Source: Andalucia godoyi And28 (taxonomy: Eukaryota > Protista > Jakobida). From it: a DNA stretch of 64,000 bases. Position numbers and translations under genes: made by a program. Under the pieces are notes generated by a model that was not told where the DNA came from, made no database searches, and was given only the letters and a program-made list of their open reading frames with translations. Below, piece after piece: positions 54,305-63,991 of the stretch. Each line of letters opens with the position of its first letter. Position 1 is the stretch's first letter. The DNA is taken from contig VRVR01000001.1 of assembly GCA_009859145.1 (NCBI GenBank), positions 140,463 through 204,462 of the forward strand, written 5' to 3'.

Positions 54305-57226
54305 ATGAAGGCCGCAGTTTGGAACTTGCTGGAGACGCTGATTGCGAAGGGCAATTCTCGTCCGGGACTTGCAGAGAAGGTGTCTTTGCTCTCGCAGATT
54401 GTTTTGGAGGAAGCCATTGCAATGTATCCCTTTCTGGCATCTAGCGAGCTGCTGAGCCAAGTCTTGCAGCTTTCTCTGGAATCGCAGAAACTCACCGATT
54501 TATCTGGAAACCGTCAGGAGCAATTTGACAAACTGCAAATGCTGCTCGACACGCTGTCGGATGAAGAGGCAAACACCCTTTCCAAGGTTTTCATCCTGTT
54601 TTTGGATCTCTCGAATATTGCGGAGCAGCGCTTCCGTGAGCAGCAGCACATTTTGCATGGTCGGCTGGGATCATTGGAACTTCCGTCTAGTACCATTTCC
54701 GCGGCGCTGAATTTTCAGTTTTCAGATACGTTTCGCGATTTATTGAATTCATTTCCGAGTCTGACCATCCAAGATCTTGCCGACCAGCTTTCGGACTTCA
54801 TTGTTGAATTTGTTCTCACCGCGCATCCAACTCAGGCTGCCCGCCGAACGGTGCTGAGCAAGCACATGCTTGTTTACGAGTCGCTGCAGAAGCTGGATGT
54901 ACCCGTCGAAGCTGTCGCAGAAGAAGACAGACTCGAAGCGCTGCAGTGCATTCGCAGAGAGGTGCAGTCGCTTCTTCTTTCCGATCCGATTCGACGAAAG
55001 GCGCCGGATCCGGTGGATGAAGCACGATCGGGTTTGCAACAAGTGCAGAGTACATTGTGGGACGCTGTTCCACGAGCTCTGCGCTCTCTTGATAATGCGC
55101 TGGCCAAAGTAGCTTTTGAGACGAAGCAGGCGGCTCCGGTTGGTCCCGTTTCGCCCATCTTTCGTATTTCATCGTGGATTGCAGGAGACCGTGACGGGAA
55201 TCCGAATGTGACTGCGGACGTGACCCTCCAGGTGCTGATGTATTCGAGACTGACGGGTTTGCGGCTCTTCATGGGAGAGATTGAATCACTGTTATTTGAA
55301 CTCTCCGAGAAGACTGCAACGCCAAGATTTTTGGGAATTTCGGAGCGCGCCTCCAAGGCGCTGCAGGTTCCGTTGTTTCACATGCACTTCCGTGACTTTT
55401 ATTCCTATCTTCCGACGGGAGAGCCCTATCGGTTCTTCCTCGGAATCATTCGTGCCCGCCTTTTCTATTCCATTCAAAAGATGGAAAAACGGTTTGAGAT
55501 TGTCAGCCAGGGCTCTGTGGACTGGGCTAACTTACCGTTGGATTTGCAGTTCCATCCCGACGGTTCCGAGTACATTGATGTCAGTGAGCTCAGTGATCAA
55601 CTGCAGGAAATGTTTGAATCTCTTGAAGAATCTGGATACCAACTGATTGCTCGCGGAAGACTTTTGGACAATATACGTCGTCTGAAGAACTTTGGACTTG
55701 GTGTGGCGCGTTTGGATATTCGCCAGGATTCGTCCTTCCATGCTCGAGCGATGGATGCGGTTTGTCAGCACCTGGGCTGGTCTGCATACACGTCTTGGTC
55801 CGAGTCTGAAAAGCAGGAGTTCTTGAAAAGGGAGCTGCAGTCTGCGCGACCGATGTTCGACTGGGATGATGTCCGAAAGTTCGACCGAGTGGTTCAAGAA
55901 GTCTTATACACGTTTAAGATGATCGCGCTGATGAACGCTAACGGAATCGACCAGTTGTCTTCGTACGTCATTTCCATGGCGATGGAACCGTCCGACGTCT
56001 TGCTTGTGCTGCTGTTCCAGAAGCTGGCGCGAGTGTTGCAGCCGCTTCGCATTGCGCCATTGTTTGAAACGGGGGAAGCACTGTCTCGTGCACCGCAGAC
56101 GATTCACAGTCTGTTGGCCATCCCGTTGTACAAGTCGTTTGCAGAGTCTGTGGGGTACCAAGAGGTCATGATCGGGTATTCGGATTCCTCAAGGGACGTT
56201 GGACGTCTGGCTGCAGACTGGGCAATTTATCAAGCCCAGGAGAACTTGATTACAGTGTGCGGAGCTGCAGGTGTTCGATTGGTGTTGTTCCATGGTCGCG
56301 GAGGCAGTATTGGCCGCGGAGGCGGTGCTCAACATTTTGCAGTGTTCTCGCAACCTCCGGGCTCGATAGGAAATCACCTGCGATTAACGATTCAAGGCGA
56401 AACCATTCAGAGTTTCTTCGGAACTACGCGCATGTGCATGCAGACCCTTGAATCGTATTTAACAGGCGTGCTGAAAGCGACGGTCAATCCTCCGTCGCGA
56501 ATTTCCGAGGAGCAACGTGCGTTGCTGACCAGTCTGTCCAGTGTATCCTCCAAGTCATTCCGAGCGATTGTGTACGAGCACCCGTTGTTTCCGGAATATT
56601 TTGGGACGACTACGCCATTGCAGTACATCGGAGCACTGAACATTGGCAGTCGACCTACTGTGCGACGGCAGCAGCAAATCGCATCGCACGGAGCTTTCAT
56701 CCCGGACGTGAATGTACTTCGTGCAATTCCCTGGATCTTTTCTTGGACTCAAGTGCACATGCACCTTCCGGTTTGGCTTGGTGTCTGCGATGCCCTGGAA
56801 TCTGCCATTTCTGCTGGGCGCCTGGATGAGCTCAAGGAATTTTACGTCTCCTCGCCGTTGTTCCGAACCATGATGGATCTGTATCTTATGATCCTTCTCA
56901 AGGCAGACCCGATCATTTTGCGCCACTATCAGAAATTGCTCGTTCCGCAGGCTGACACGGAAATGCACGAGTTTGGAAACTCTTTAATAGAAAGGCTTCG
57001 CAAGGTGGAATCGCTGGTTGCGCTCGTCGCAGGCGACCTTGCTTCGTTCCGCACGTCGACACTATACTCATCCTACATGATCCGCTCTGTCTTTTTGTTC
57101 CCTTTGAACATTCTGCAGGCCCGTTTCATATCCTCTCTTCGTCAAGACCCATCCCGCAAGTCTGCCGAAGAAGGCATTCTGATCACGATTAAGGGTATCG
57201 CTGCGGGCATGCGAAATACAGGTTGA
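54305..57226 (+). CDS. ppc: Phosphoenolpyruvate carboxylase, bacterial-type
   Basis: VLTAHPT, WIAGDRDGNPNVT, LDIRQ, QEVMIGYSDS, FHGRGGSIGRGG, LRAIPWIFSWTQ, C-terminal GMRNTG. Confidence 0.96.
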   Translation: MKAAVWNLLETLIAKGNSRPGLAEKVSLLSQIVLEEAIAMYPFLASSELLSQVLQLSLESQKLTDLSGNRQEQFDKLQMLLDTLSDEEANTLSKVFILFLDLSNIAEQRFREQQHILHGRLGSLELPSSTISAALNFQFSDTFRDLLNSFPSLTIQDLADQLSDFIVEFVLTAHPTQAARRTVLSKHMLVYESLQKLDVPVEAVAEEDRLEALQCIRREVQSLLLSDPIRRKAPDPVDEARSGLQQVQSTLWDAVPRALRSLDNALAKVAFETKQAAPVGPVSPIFRISSWIAGDRDGNPNVTADVTLQVLMYSRLTGLRLFMGEIESLLFELSEKTATPRFLGISERASKALQVPLFHMHFRDFYSYLPTGEPYRFFLGIIRARLFYSIQKMEKRFEIVSQGSVDWANLPLDLQFHPDGSEYIDVSELSDQLQEMFESLEESGYQLIARGRLLDNIRRLKNFGLGVARLDIRQDSSFHARAMDAVCQHLGWSAYTSWSESEKQEFLKRELQSARPMFDWDDVRKFDRVVQEVLYTFKMIALMNANGIDQLSSYVISMAMEPSDVLLVLLFQKLARVLQPLRIAPLFETGEALSRAPQTIHSLLAIPLYKSFAESVGYQEVMIGYSDSSRDVGRLAADWAIYQAQENLITVCGAAGVRLVLFHGRGGSIGRGGGAQHFAVFSQPPGSIGNHLRLTIQGETIQSFFGTTRMCMQTLESYLTGVLKATVNPPSRISEEQRALLTSLSSVSSKSFRAIVYEHPLFPEYFGTTTPLQYIGALNIGSRPTVRRQQQIASHGAFIPDVNVLRAIPWIFSWTQVHMHLPVWLGVCDALESAISAGRLDELKEFYVSSPLFRTMMDLYLMILLKADPIILRHYQKLLVPQADTEMHEFGNSLIERLRKVESLVALVAGDLASFRTSTLYSSYMIRSVFLFPLNILQARFISSLRQDPSRKSAEEGILITIKGIAAGMRNTG

Positions 57227-57425
57227 GAGAATCTTGCCGAGTGGAGAGCAGTTCGGCTCTCAGGGCGGGGTCTGTTTCTCGAGTAGCTAGCAGCAACATA
57301 AAAACGATTCGCGGTCCAGTGGGAGAGATTTGATATTTTGGAAAGACATGTCTCATGTGCAAAGAAAAGAAGTCATTGCTGCCATTTCCGTCTCCTGGTA
57401 TTTAGAATTTGTCTGATGTGACCTG

Positions 57426-57645
57426 GTGGCACCCTTTTTTCGGTTCCACCAACACCCGAAGAGGGTGCGCATGCGGATGCTCGAGAATCCGGTGTTGCGT
57501 CGTGAGCGCTTCGTGCCCCGGGGGTTGAGACACTGCGCCACAGTGAACTGTCCATCTGACCGCCGGTGCGTGGGCCGCGATGCCAACGCCACGATGAACA
57601 TTCGTCAGTGCTGGCTCAGCCGACCGCGGTTCTTGTGTCGGAATC
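57426..57645 (+). pseudogene. 5'-truncated Fanzor1-like nuclease C-terminus
   Basis: VPRGLRHCATVNCPSDRRCVGRDANATMNIRQCWLSRPRFLCR: zinc-finger Cys pair, RuvC-III RDxNAxxNI (RD at 57576-57581) and the RPxxLxR tail typical of Fanzor1. Confidence 0.8.
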
Positions 57646-57755
57646 CACGCGGTATTCCCAGTGCAAGCGAGCCGGGGGCCTCGCGTGAGGCACTCATGAA
57701 GATTGAAAACGTCTGGTTCTGCCGGACATTTCACGCCTCTCGTTCCTGAAATCCC
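57600..57755 (+). ncRNA. Putative Fanzor1 omegaRNA scaffold / element right end, copy 1
   Basis: Shared with 60582-60707 and 62163-62320 (both reverse). Hairpins at 57640-57658 and 57678-57691 are conserved or covary. Homology with copy 2 stops sharply at AATCCC (57755). Confidence 0.65.
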
Positions 57756-57974
57756 AACATAGAAAACGGCAATTGACAAAAAGTTCGAGCAATCGGCCGG
57801 ACCTTTTTATTTAACGAACTCGTGAAGCTTTTGAGATGTTCTCGCTGGTCGTTCGTTGTCCAATCACGGCGAGGGAGTGCAGAGTGTAGAGCGTGGTCCG
57901 CAAACAAGCAAGTGCGTGTGCGTGTGTTTGTGAATAAGAGGCGTATATTGTTGCATTCATAGAAAGATATAGAT

Positions 57975-58012
<38 letters not shown>

Positions 58013-58051
58013 TCGGACATTAAGAAACGAAGGGAGGAAAGAAACCAACTA

Positions 58052-59737
58052 ATGGTGTTTTGTGTCAAGCTGGCCGAGAAAGGTCCGCAAGTGGTCCGAG
58101 AGGTCTGCGAGTTGCTTGGATGGCAGATGTTTGACGAAACAAAAGACCATGAACAGACGTGGAATTTATGGTGGAAAACGGCTCGTTTCACCAAGTCTCA
58201 GATATCCAGCTGCAATCCGTTCCAGCGAATCAACCATTTTCCTGGGACGATTGAAATCACTCGGAAGGATCTCTTGCATCGAAACATGCGCAAGATGAAG
58301 GGCATATATGGTGCAATTGCTGAATTTGTTCCCGAGTCGTATGTGCTTCCCAAAGATTACTCAAAGTTTGTGTTTGCGTACTCGGAAGCTCCAAAAGGGA
58401 CTCTCTGGATTGCGAAACCACACGATCTCTCGCGTGGCAGAAAAATTTTCGTCTTTACAGATCTCTCAGAACTGCAATACGATCAACAGTACGTTGTTCA
58501 AAGGTATTTGGAGCGACCATTGTTAATCGACGGATTTAAATTTGACTTGCGGCTGTACGTCTTGGTGACCTCGTATCGTCCGTTGCGAGCATACTTTTAC
58601 AAACAGGGACTCGCTCGATTCTCCACAGAGCGCTATTCGCTGGATTCAAAGGACAAGTACATCCATCTCACGAACGCGAGTATTAACAAGCTGAACCCAA
58701 AGATGATTGACGAAGAAGGGAACGCTTCTGGAGGCTACAAGTGGACTTTTGACGACTTGTTTGAGCATCTTGACAAGCACTCCATCTGCGATCGAGAAGC
58801 GTTGTGGGAGCGAATTCGATCGCTGATCTCCGTGACTCTCCTGAGCATCATCGATGGAATACCTCCGGAGGCGTCGCCGTGCTTTGAACTCTTTGGTTTC
58901 GATGTTATTTTAGATGATTCGCTGAAACCATGGCTGTTGGAAGTGAACTTTTCGCCATCGCTCAATCTGGATACAGAAACAGACCACATCGTCAAGAAAC
59001 CTCTCATCCGCGATACGATTTCCGTGCTGAACATGGTCGATTTTGACAAGGACGTGTTTCTTCTGCCATCGAAGCGAACACAGACACTTCCGAAAAGCCA
59101 GGTGGGCACTTCTCAGCAATCCGCAACCGGTTCTGTATTGTCTTCAACAGTCGTCGGAATGAGAAGATCGCTAAGCGCACCTCGTACAACACCATCTGTC
59201 CGCAGCAGATCGACATCCCATACCAGTTCCGCCACTTCTCCCAAGCACGCACCAGGGGCTCTGTTTTCAACAAGCTCATCAACCTCATCATCATCATCAT
59301 CAGTAGTCTCGCTGGCCTCCAGAAAATCTGAAGCATCCATTGTGCAGTTGCAACGAGACACCAAACCGACGTCGTCGAGGAACCCCGTAATCTCCGGAGC
59401 GGAGCACGGTGATTTGGGTGATTTTGAGTACCTTCTTCCTTGGGACGGCGCATCTCGAGATGCTCTTCAGATGTGCGCGAATGGAAAGAGCGATCAGGGA
59501 GTTCGCTTACTGATTCAGATGCTTCGTGTTCGCGAACAAGCCGCCATTTCGAAAAACCGGGCATTTGCGAGGACTTCCGCATCCAATGCAGCAGCGTTGC
59601 TGGCTGCAGCGTCTATTTCTGAACAGTCAAATTCAAATGCTGGCGGGATGCGTAGGGTCTTTTCATGTGACAGTGAGAGCGATCTCGAAAGTCATGAAGA
59701 CGGAGAATACTACCATGACGCAGAAGACGTTGAATAG
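58052..59737 (+). CDS. Tubulin-tyrosine ligase-like polyglutamylase (TTLL2-like)
   Basis: INHFPG, ITRKD, WIAKP...SRGRKI, VQRYLERPLLIDGFKFDLRLYVLVTS, HLTNASIN, FELFGFDVILD...PWLLEVNFSPSL. Confidence 0.93.
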   Translation: MVFCVKLAEKGPQVVREVCELLGWQMFDETKDHEQTWNLWWKTARFTKSQISSCNPFQRINHFPGTIEITRKDLLHRNMRKMKGIYGAIAEFVPESYVLPKDYSKFVFAYSEAPKGTLWIAKPHDLSRGRKIFVFTDLSELQYDQQYVVQRYLERPLLIDGFKFDLRLYVLVTSYRPLRAYFYKQGLARFSTERYSLDSKDKYIHLTNASINKLNPKMIDEEGNASGGYKWTFDDLFEHLDKHSICDREALWERIRSLISVTLLSIIDGIPPEASPCFELFGFDVILDDSLKPWLLEVNFSPSLNLDTETDHIVKKPLIRDTISVLNMVDFDKDVFLLPSKRTQTLPKSQVGTSQQSATGSVLSSTVVGMRRSLSAPRTTPSVRSRSTSHTSSATSPKHAPGALFSTSSSTSSSSSSVVSLASRKSEASIVQLQRDTKPTSSRNPVISGAEHGDLGDFEYLLPWDGASRDALQMCANGKSDQGVRLLIQMLRVREQAAISKNRAFARTSASNAAALLAAASISEQSNSNAGGMRRVFSCDSESDLESHEDGEYYHDAEDVE

Positions 59738-59980
59738 TCGTCGTGCCCATCCGTTTCTCTGCAGCAGTTCGCCTGTCTGGGTTTATGATGACTGTCAGAT
59801 TATGAAATCGGAGGCCCTGCAGAGAAACGCCTGCATTGTACACGAAGCATGGCCGAATCATTGCTGGTCGTCCATATTCAGTCTTGCATCCGAAACAGAA
59901 TGTGAATTCAATTCAGAAGGGCTGGTAGGTCCCAGTACGTCGAAGCGTTAACATCAGCAGCTTGATAAAAGAAAAGGCTG

Positions 59981-60484
59981 TCATCGAAAAGCCGAGCCAA
60001 AGACACTTTCGAGCATATTCATCACCGCATCCAGCAGCAAGCGCATGTTCCGCAGATGCAAGGCAACACCACGGGAACGCAGGACATTGATTGCGACGTA
60101 GAAGCAAGTTTCAATGTACCGACAAAATTGATGGTATCGTTCTCGAAGAAAAGAAACAGATAGTAACAGAGAATCCAATACGTACGCAACAGAGAACCGG
60201 GAATATGTCCTCTTCACGTCCTTGGAAAACGATTCGTATTCAACAGCATTTTCATTCTTTCGAGTTCCTGGTTCCTTTCGAAACAGATCTTCATCCTGCG
60301 AAGCTTCATCGTCTGCAGCTGCAACCCAGAACGGTCGTTCCTCAGCCTTTCGCAATCGCTCCTGACGCATTCTTCGGGCACTCTGGAACGAATTCTCCAG
60401 CACTTGTTGCCGATGCGATCTCAGAAACGCAGCATAAAGCTGGTTCGCTTGCTTGCACTTTTCTGCCTCATCAGGAGAAAGCAT
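59981..60484 (-). CDS. Hypothetical protein (167 aa)
   Basis: ORF from ATG 60484 with protein-like composition in the gap after TTLL; no motif. Confidence 0.45.
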   Translation of the reverse strand: MLSPDEAEKCKQANQLYAAFLRSHRQQVLENSFQSARRMRQERLRKAEERPFWVAAADDEASQDEDLFRKEPGTRKNENAVEYESFSKDVKRTYSRFSVAYVLDSLLLSVSFLRERYHQFCRYIETCFYVAINVLRSRGVALHLRNMRLLLDAVMNMLESVFGSAFR

Positions 60485-60581
60485 TCCGCTCAATTCCAAA
60501 TTATACAAACCACAAAACACAAAACACAAAACACAAAGAAGCATTACGACTTTTAGGGCACCCCCATTTAAATCAATGCAA

Positions 60582-60785
60582 GGGATTCCCAGGAACGGGA
60601 GGCGTGAAATGTCCGGCAGAACCAGACGTTTTCAATCTTCATGAGTGCCTCACGCGAGGCCTCCGGCTCGCTTGCACTGGGAATACCGACACAAGAACCG
60701 CGGTCGGGCATCGTGCAGATCGGGATGGCGCAGCCGCTGTCGGAGCGCAGCTTTCACCACCTGCACCACCGGGTTCCGAAAACGT
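60582..60785 (-). mobile_element. Fanzor1-like right-end/omegaRNA remnant, copy 2
   Basis: 60582-60707 is near-identical to the reverse complement of ~57618-57755, with an 11-nt deletion. Upstream, a deleted ORF relic (RNPV...LRH..DARPRFLCR) aligns with copy 1. Confidence 0.78.
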
Positions 60786-61419
60786 TCAAGTATGAAACAG
60801 ACAAACCGACAACGTGTGGCGAAGTGTGAGGATGTGGTGCCAAATAAAAACGGTGAAGTATCAAAAATACGAACGCAGCAGTGTTTTATGCAACATTTTA
60901 TTTGACACAACGAAGTCCAAGGTGAAACGGGAGAAACGGAAAAGGGAAAAAGGAAACGAGAGAAACGGAAAGAAGACCGATTTGAGGAATTGCTGGAATT
61001 TCTGAATTGAATTTTATGGAAGCGCCCTTACAGTAGTAGCCAAGAGACAGTTGTGAAGAGACGAGAGAGTGAGAGAGTGAGGGAGTGAGGGAGTGAGGGA
61101 GCGAGAGAGTGAGGGAGTGAGAGAGACAGATGGCATACCCATGGACTGTTCAGAGAGTCAGAAACAACGATGGACAAAGCAGTGCAAGCAGGAAAGAGGA
61201 AGCCCAGACAGCGAGATATAGCATCTTTTTGATTGATTATTTATTTATTTATAACAACCCCCTGGACTCTACATCACTGATGTGGGAATGGTGCAGCGTG
61301 GTCATTGCTCCACATCCAGGCGAATTCCTTGCTACAGAAATGTTTTTTGGAGAAGTCTAAGAGTTGGCTTGGAGGAGGGTGAAAGGAGGAGTGTCCTTCC
61401 CCGCGCTGCACAGCACCCA

Positions 61420-62022
61420 TCAAGCCCAAAAGATGGTTCGAGAGCCCTTTGCAAGAATCCATTGGTGGATGTTGACGACATCTTTTAATTTCTCGATGCT
61501 TGATTCTCTGTTCACGACCATGATATCTGCAAGAAACATGCATTCTCGAATCGCCTGTGCATTTGTCCCTAGCATTCCGTACATTTCCATATCGTCCTTT
61601 GCGACAAACGACTCGAGGTCCGTAGGATCCTTTTCCCTGCTTCGCGCAACCACTCTACGGAACCGTGTCAGCAGTGGTGCATCCACGGCAACGAGGCACG
61701 CAAAGTGCGGAACCATCGTGCGCAATGCTTCTGCTTCAGACGGGTGTCGAATCGAGTCTACAATGTACGATTGCGAAGGATCCAAAAGAGGCACAAGGCT
61801 GCGTGCAAGTGCACCTGGGCCGTATGCTGCTCGAAGTTCATTGCCCTTGTTAATTAGACTCTCTCGAGTAATTTCCTCGTTTGCAGTCCGCAATTCGTGT
61901 CGAATAGCATCCGAGAGCGAGTACACGCCGATTGCTGGATGCTGCGCACGTATGAGATCTATGATGACTTGCTTCCCAGCACATAATGGACCCGTTAATC
62001 CAATCACAAACGGCGCACTCAT
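61420..62022 (-). CDS. P-loop nucleotide kinase, CoaE/UPF0200 (AAA_33)-like
   Basis: VIGLTGPLCAGK, SLSDAIR, ITRESLINKGNELRAAYGPGALA, IVDSIRHPSE, VDAPLLTRF.R...R.R..D, ADIMVVN. Confidence 0.75.
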   Translation of the reverse strand: MSAPFVIGLTGPLCAGKQVIIDLIRAQHPAIGVYSLSDAIRHELRTANEEITRESLINKGNELRAAYGPGALARSLVPLLDPSQSYIVDSIRHPSEAEALRTMVPHFACLVAVDAPLLTRFRRVVARSREKDPTDLESFVAKDDMEMYGMLGTNAQAIRECMFLADIMVVNRESSIEKLKDVVNIHQWILAKGSRTIFWA

Positions 62023-62162
62023 AGAATCTCCTCTTCTGCAAACAGACATGTGCAGCTGCGGCCCCCCGTTGTTGTGCGTGTTTTTGTTTTTTTGTTTGGA
62101 ATCCTTCTTAGTGCGCCACCCATTTCAACAAATGCAAAAGAATCTGGGGGAAATGCTCACGC

Positions 62163-62320
62163 AATGTCCGGCAAACAGACCGATTTTATCATGCACGTCC
62201 TCTGCAATCATCGTCACGATGTCTATTTCACGAGTGTCCTACGCGAGACTTCCAGCTCGTTTGCACCATGGAATACCCGATGGATTCCGACACAAGAACT
62301 GCGACCGACTGAGCCAGCAC
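62163..62320 (-). mobile_element. Fanzor1-like right-end/omegaRNA remnant, copy 3 (diverged)
   Basis: About 80% identical by eye to the reverse complement of 57607-57700, then after a ~35-nt insertion GTCTGTTTGCCGGACATT matches GTCTGGTTCTGCCGGACATT. Confidence 0.72.
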
Positions 62321-62629
62321 GACGTCGAACAATGAAAAGAAAAGAAAGAAAAAAACACGCAGCACGTGGAATCAATGTGGCTTTTTCACATGCTCGCAGG
62401 CTGCACGGAAGATTGTTCAAACCTGTTTTTTTATTTGGATGCGTTTTTTTAAATCAAAAAAAAAACATGTATCAAAAATTAATAATATTAAGCGCGCCGT
62501 GCATACGCCACAAGCAAGTACCGTACCCTATCGGCCTCGTGAACCACATAGTCGGATCGAATCGCAGTGTTTTTTGCAAGAAGAAGAAAAAGAAAAGGAG
62601 CGCGCGAGAAAGTGGGCATTTTTCGCATG

Positions 62630-63991
62630 TTAGGCATTTCCGTCACCGACTCCGCCGACACCACGAGGGCGAGAGTAGCTCCATGCAGCACCGGTCACAG
62701 CGTCATCAGGAACAGAGACAGGGGCCCCGCCTTGATCCACTTTCCAGATGTTGGACAAATCGTCAAGAGAGGATCTGGAGTATGACTGACTGAACACTTG
62801 ATCAAATGAAAACTCCTGGGATGCACCTCGACGAAGATTCGCAGTTGTGTCGCTCGCAGTCCACTGACCGTTCTGCTGCTGATGATGGGCACTGGCAATG
62901 TGCGGAGGCTGTTGTTGTTGGGCATGATATCCGTGGCCTGCACTCTGTTGGCTATAGCCTGAGGGGTTCGCTGCGTAATTAGAGCCATATTGCAATTGTT
63001 GTTGTGCTGCGTGGTGACCGCTTTGGCGGCGATCATATCTTCCATGATGCGTAACTGACTGCTGCCCGGTTGATTGATGTTGGTGCTGATGCTGATGCTG
63101 ATGCGGGTGCTGATGCGAGTGCTGGTGATGAACATGGTTTTGTTGCTGCTGGTGATGGTGGTGATGATGGTGGTGCTGCGAGTGCGGATATCCTGCAGGA
63201 TACGCGTGCTGCTGTTGTGAACTCACGTATTGTTGATGTCCAACGTGCTGCTGTTGATGTACATACTGTTGCGACAGAGACTGCTGCTGCTGCTGCTGCT
63301 GTTGTTGTTGTTGTTGTTGCGCCTGAATGGATTGCTGACGCACACTGTGCCCAGCCATATAGGATGCTCCAATTGGAGACGCTGCATATGACGCAGAAGG
63401 AGATTCAAACGGGTCCTGATCCGACGCATACGAATACAACGAAGACGATGACTCATTCCGTTTTGATTGATCAAGTTGTCCAGTAGAAGCACGAAACGCA
63501 GACCTCATCATCGGATGTTGCTGTCCTTGTTGGAACTGTGCTTGCAGCGGGCTGAAATTCTGGCTTTGTCCCATCTGAGCCTGCGACGCCACATACGGAT
63601 ACGAAGCACCGCCCAATTGCTGTTGTAGTTGCTGCTGTTGCTGTTGCTGTTGCTGCTGCAGCTGCTGTTGCAGTTGCTGTTGCAGTTGCAGTTGCTGCTG
63701 TTGATAATGTTGCGCCAGGACAGACGGCTGCTGAGGTGAGGAAGCCGACGATTGCGCTTTCCGGCTCGAAACTTGCGAATAATGCTCCAGATCGTTGAAT
63801 GGCGAATTGGATGCCGACACGTTGGACGATCCAGATTGCGGGTGAAGAACTGCGGAGTTCGACAGTGACAACTGAGCCAGAAGTTGAGGCTGCTGTTGGG
63901 CACTGAGTATCGAGGGCACATCCGTCTTTTCTGGATGATTCAGACGCGAAAGGCTCGCAGAGGAAGACAGGGACTGCCCAGAACGCTTCAT
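62630..63991 (-). CDS. Gln/His/Ser-rich low-complexity protein
   Basis: 453-aa ORF with polyQ and polyH tracts; additional upstream exons beyond the window are possible. Confidence 0.75.
   Translation of the reverse strand: MKRSGQSLSSSASLSRLNHPEKTDVPSILSAQQQPQLLAQLSLSNSAVLHPQSGSSNVSASNSPFNDLEHYSQVSSRKAQSSASSPQQPSVLAQHYQQQQLQLQQQLQQQLQQQQQQQQQQLQQQLGGASYPYVASQAQMGQSQNFSPLQAQFQQGQQHPMMRSAFRASTGQLDQSKRNESSSSLYSYASDQDPFESPSASYAASPIGASYMAGHSVRQQSIQAQQQQQQQQQQQQQSLSQQYVHQQQHVGHQQYVSSQQQHAYPAGYPHSQHHHHHHHHQQQQNHVHHQHSHQHPHQHQHQHQHQSTGQQSVTHHGRYDRRQSGHHAAQQQLQYGSNYAANPSGYSQQSAGHGYHAQQQQPPHIASAHHQQQNGQWTASDTTANLRRGASQEFSFDQVFSQSYSRSSLDDLSNIWKVDQGGAPVSVPDDAVTGAAWSYSRPRGVGGVGDGNA

Noticed and set aside
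61065-61125. GAGTGAGG tandem repeats as a CRISPR-like array or telomeric repeat
   Set aside because: An imperfect simple repeat with no spacers and not a recognised telomere unit.
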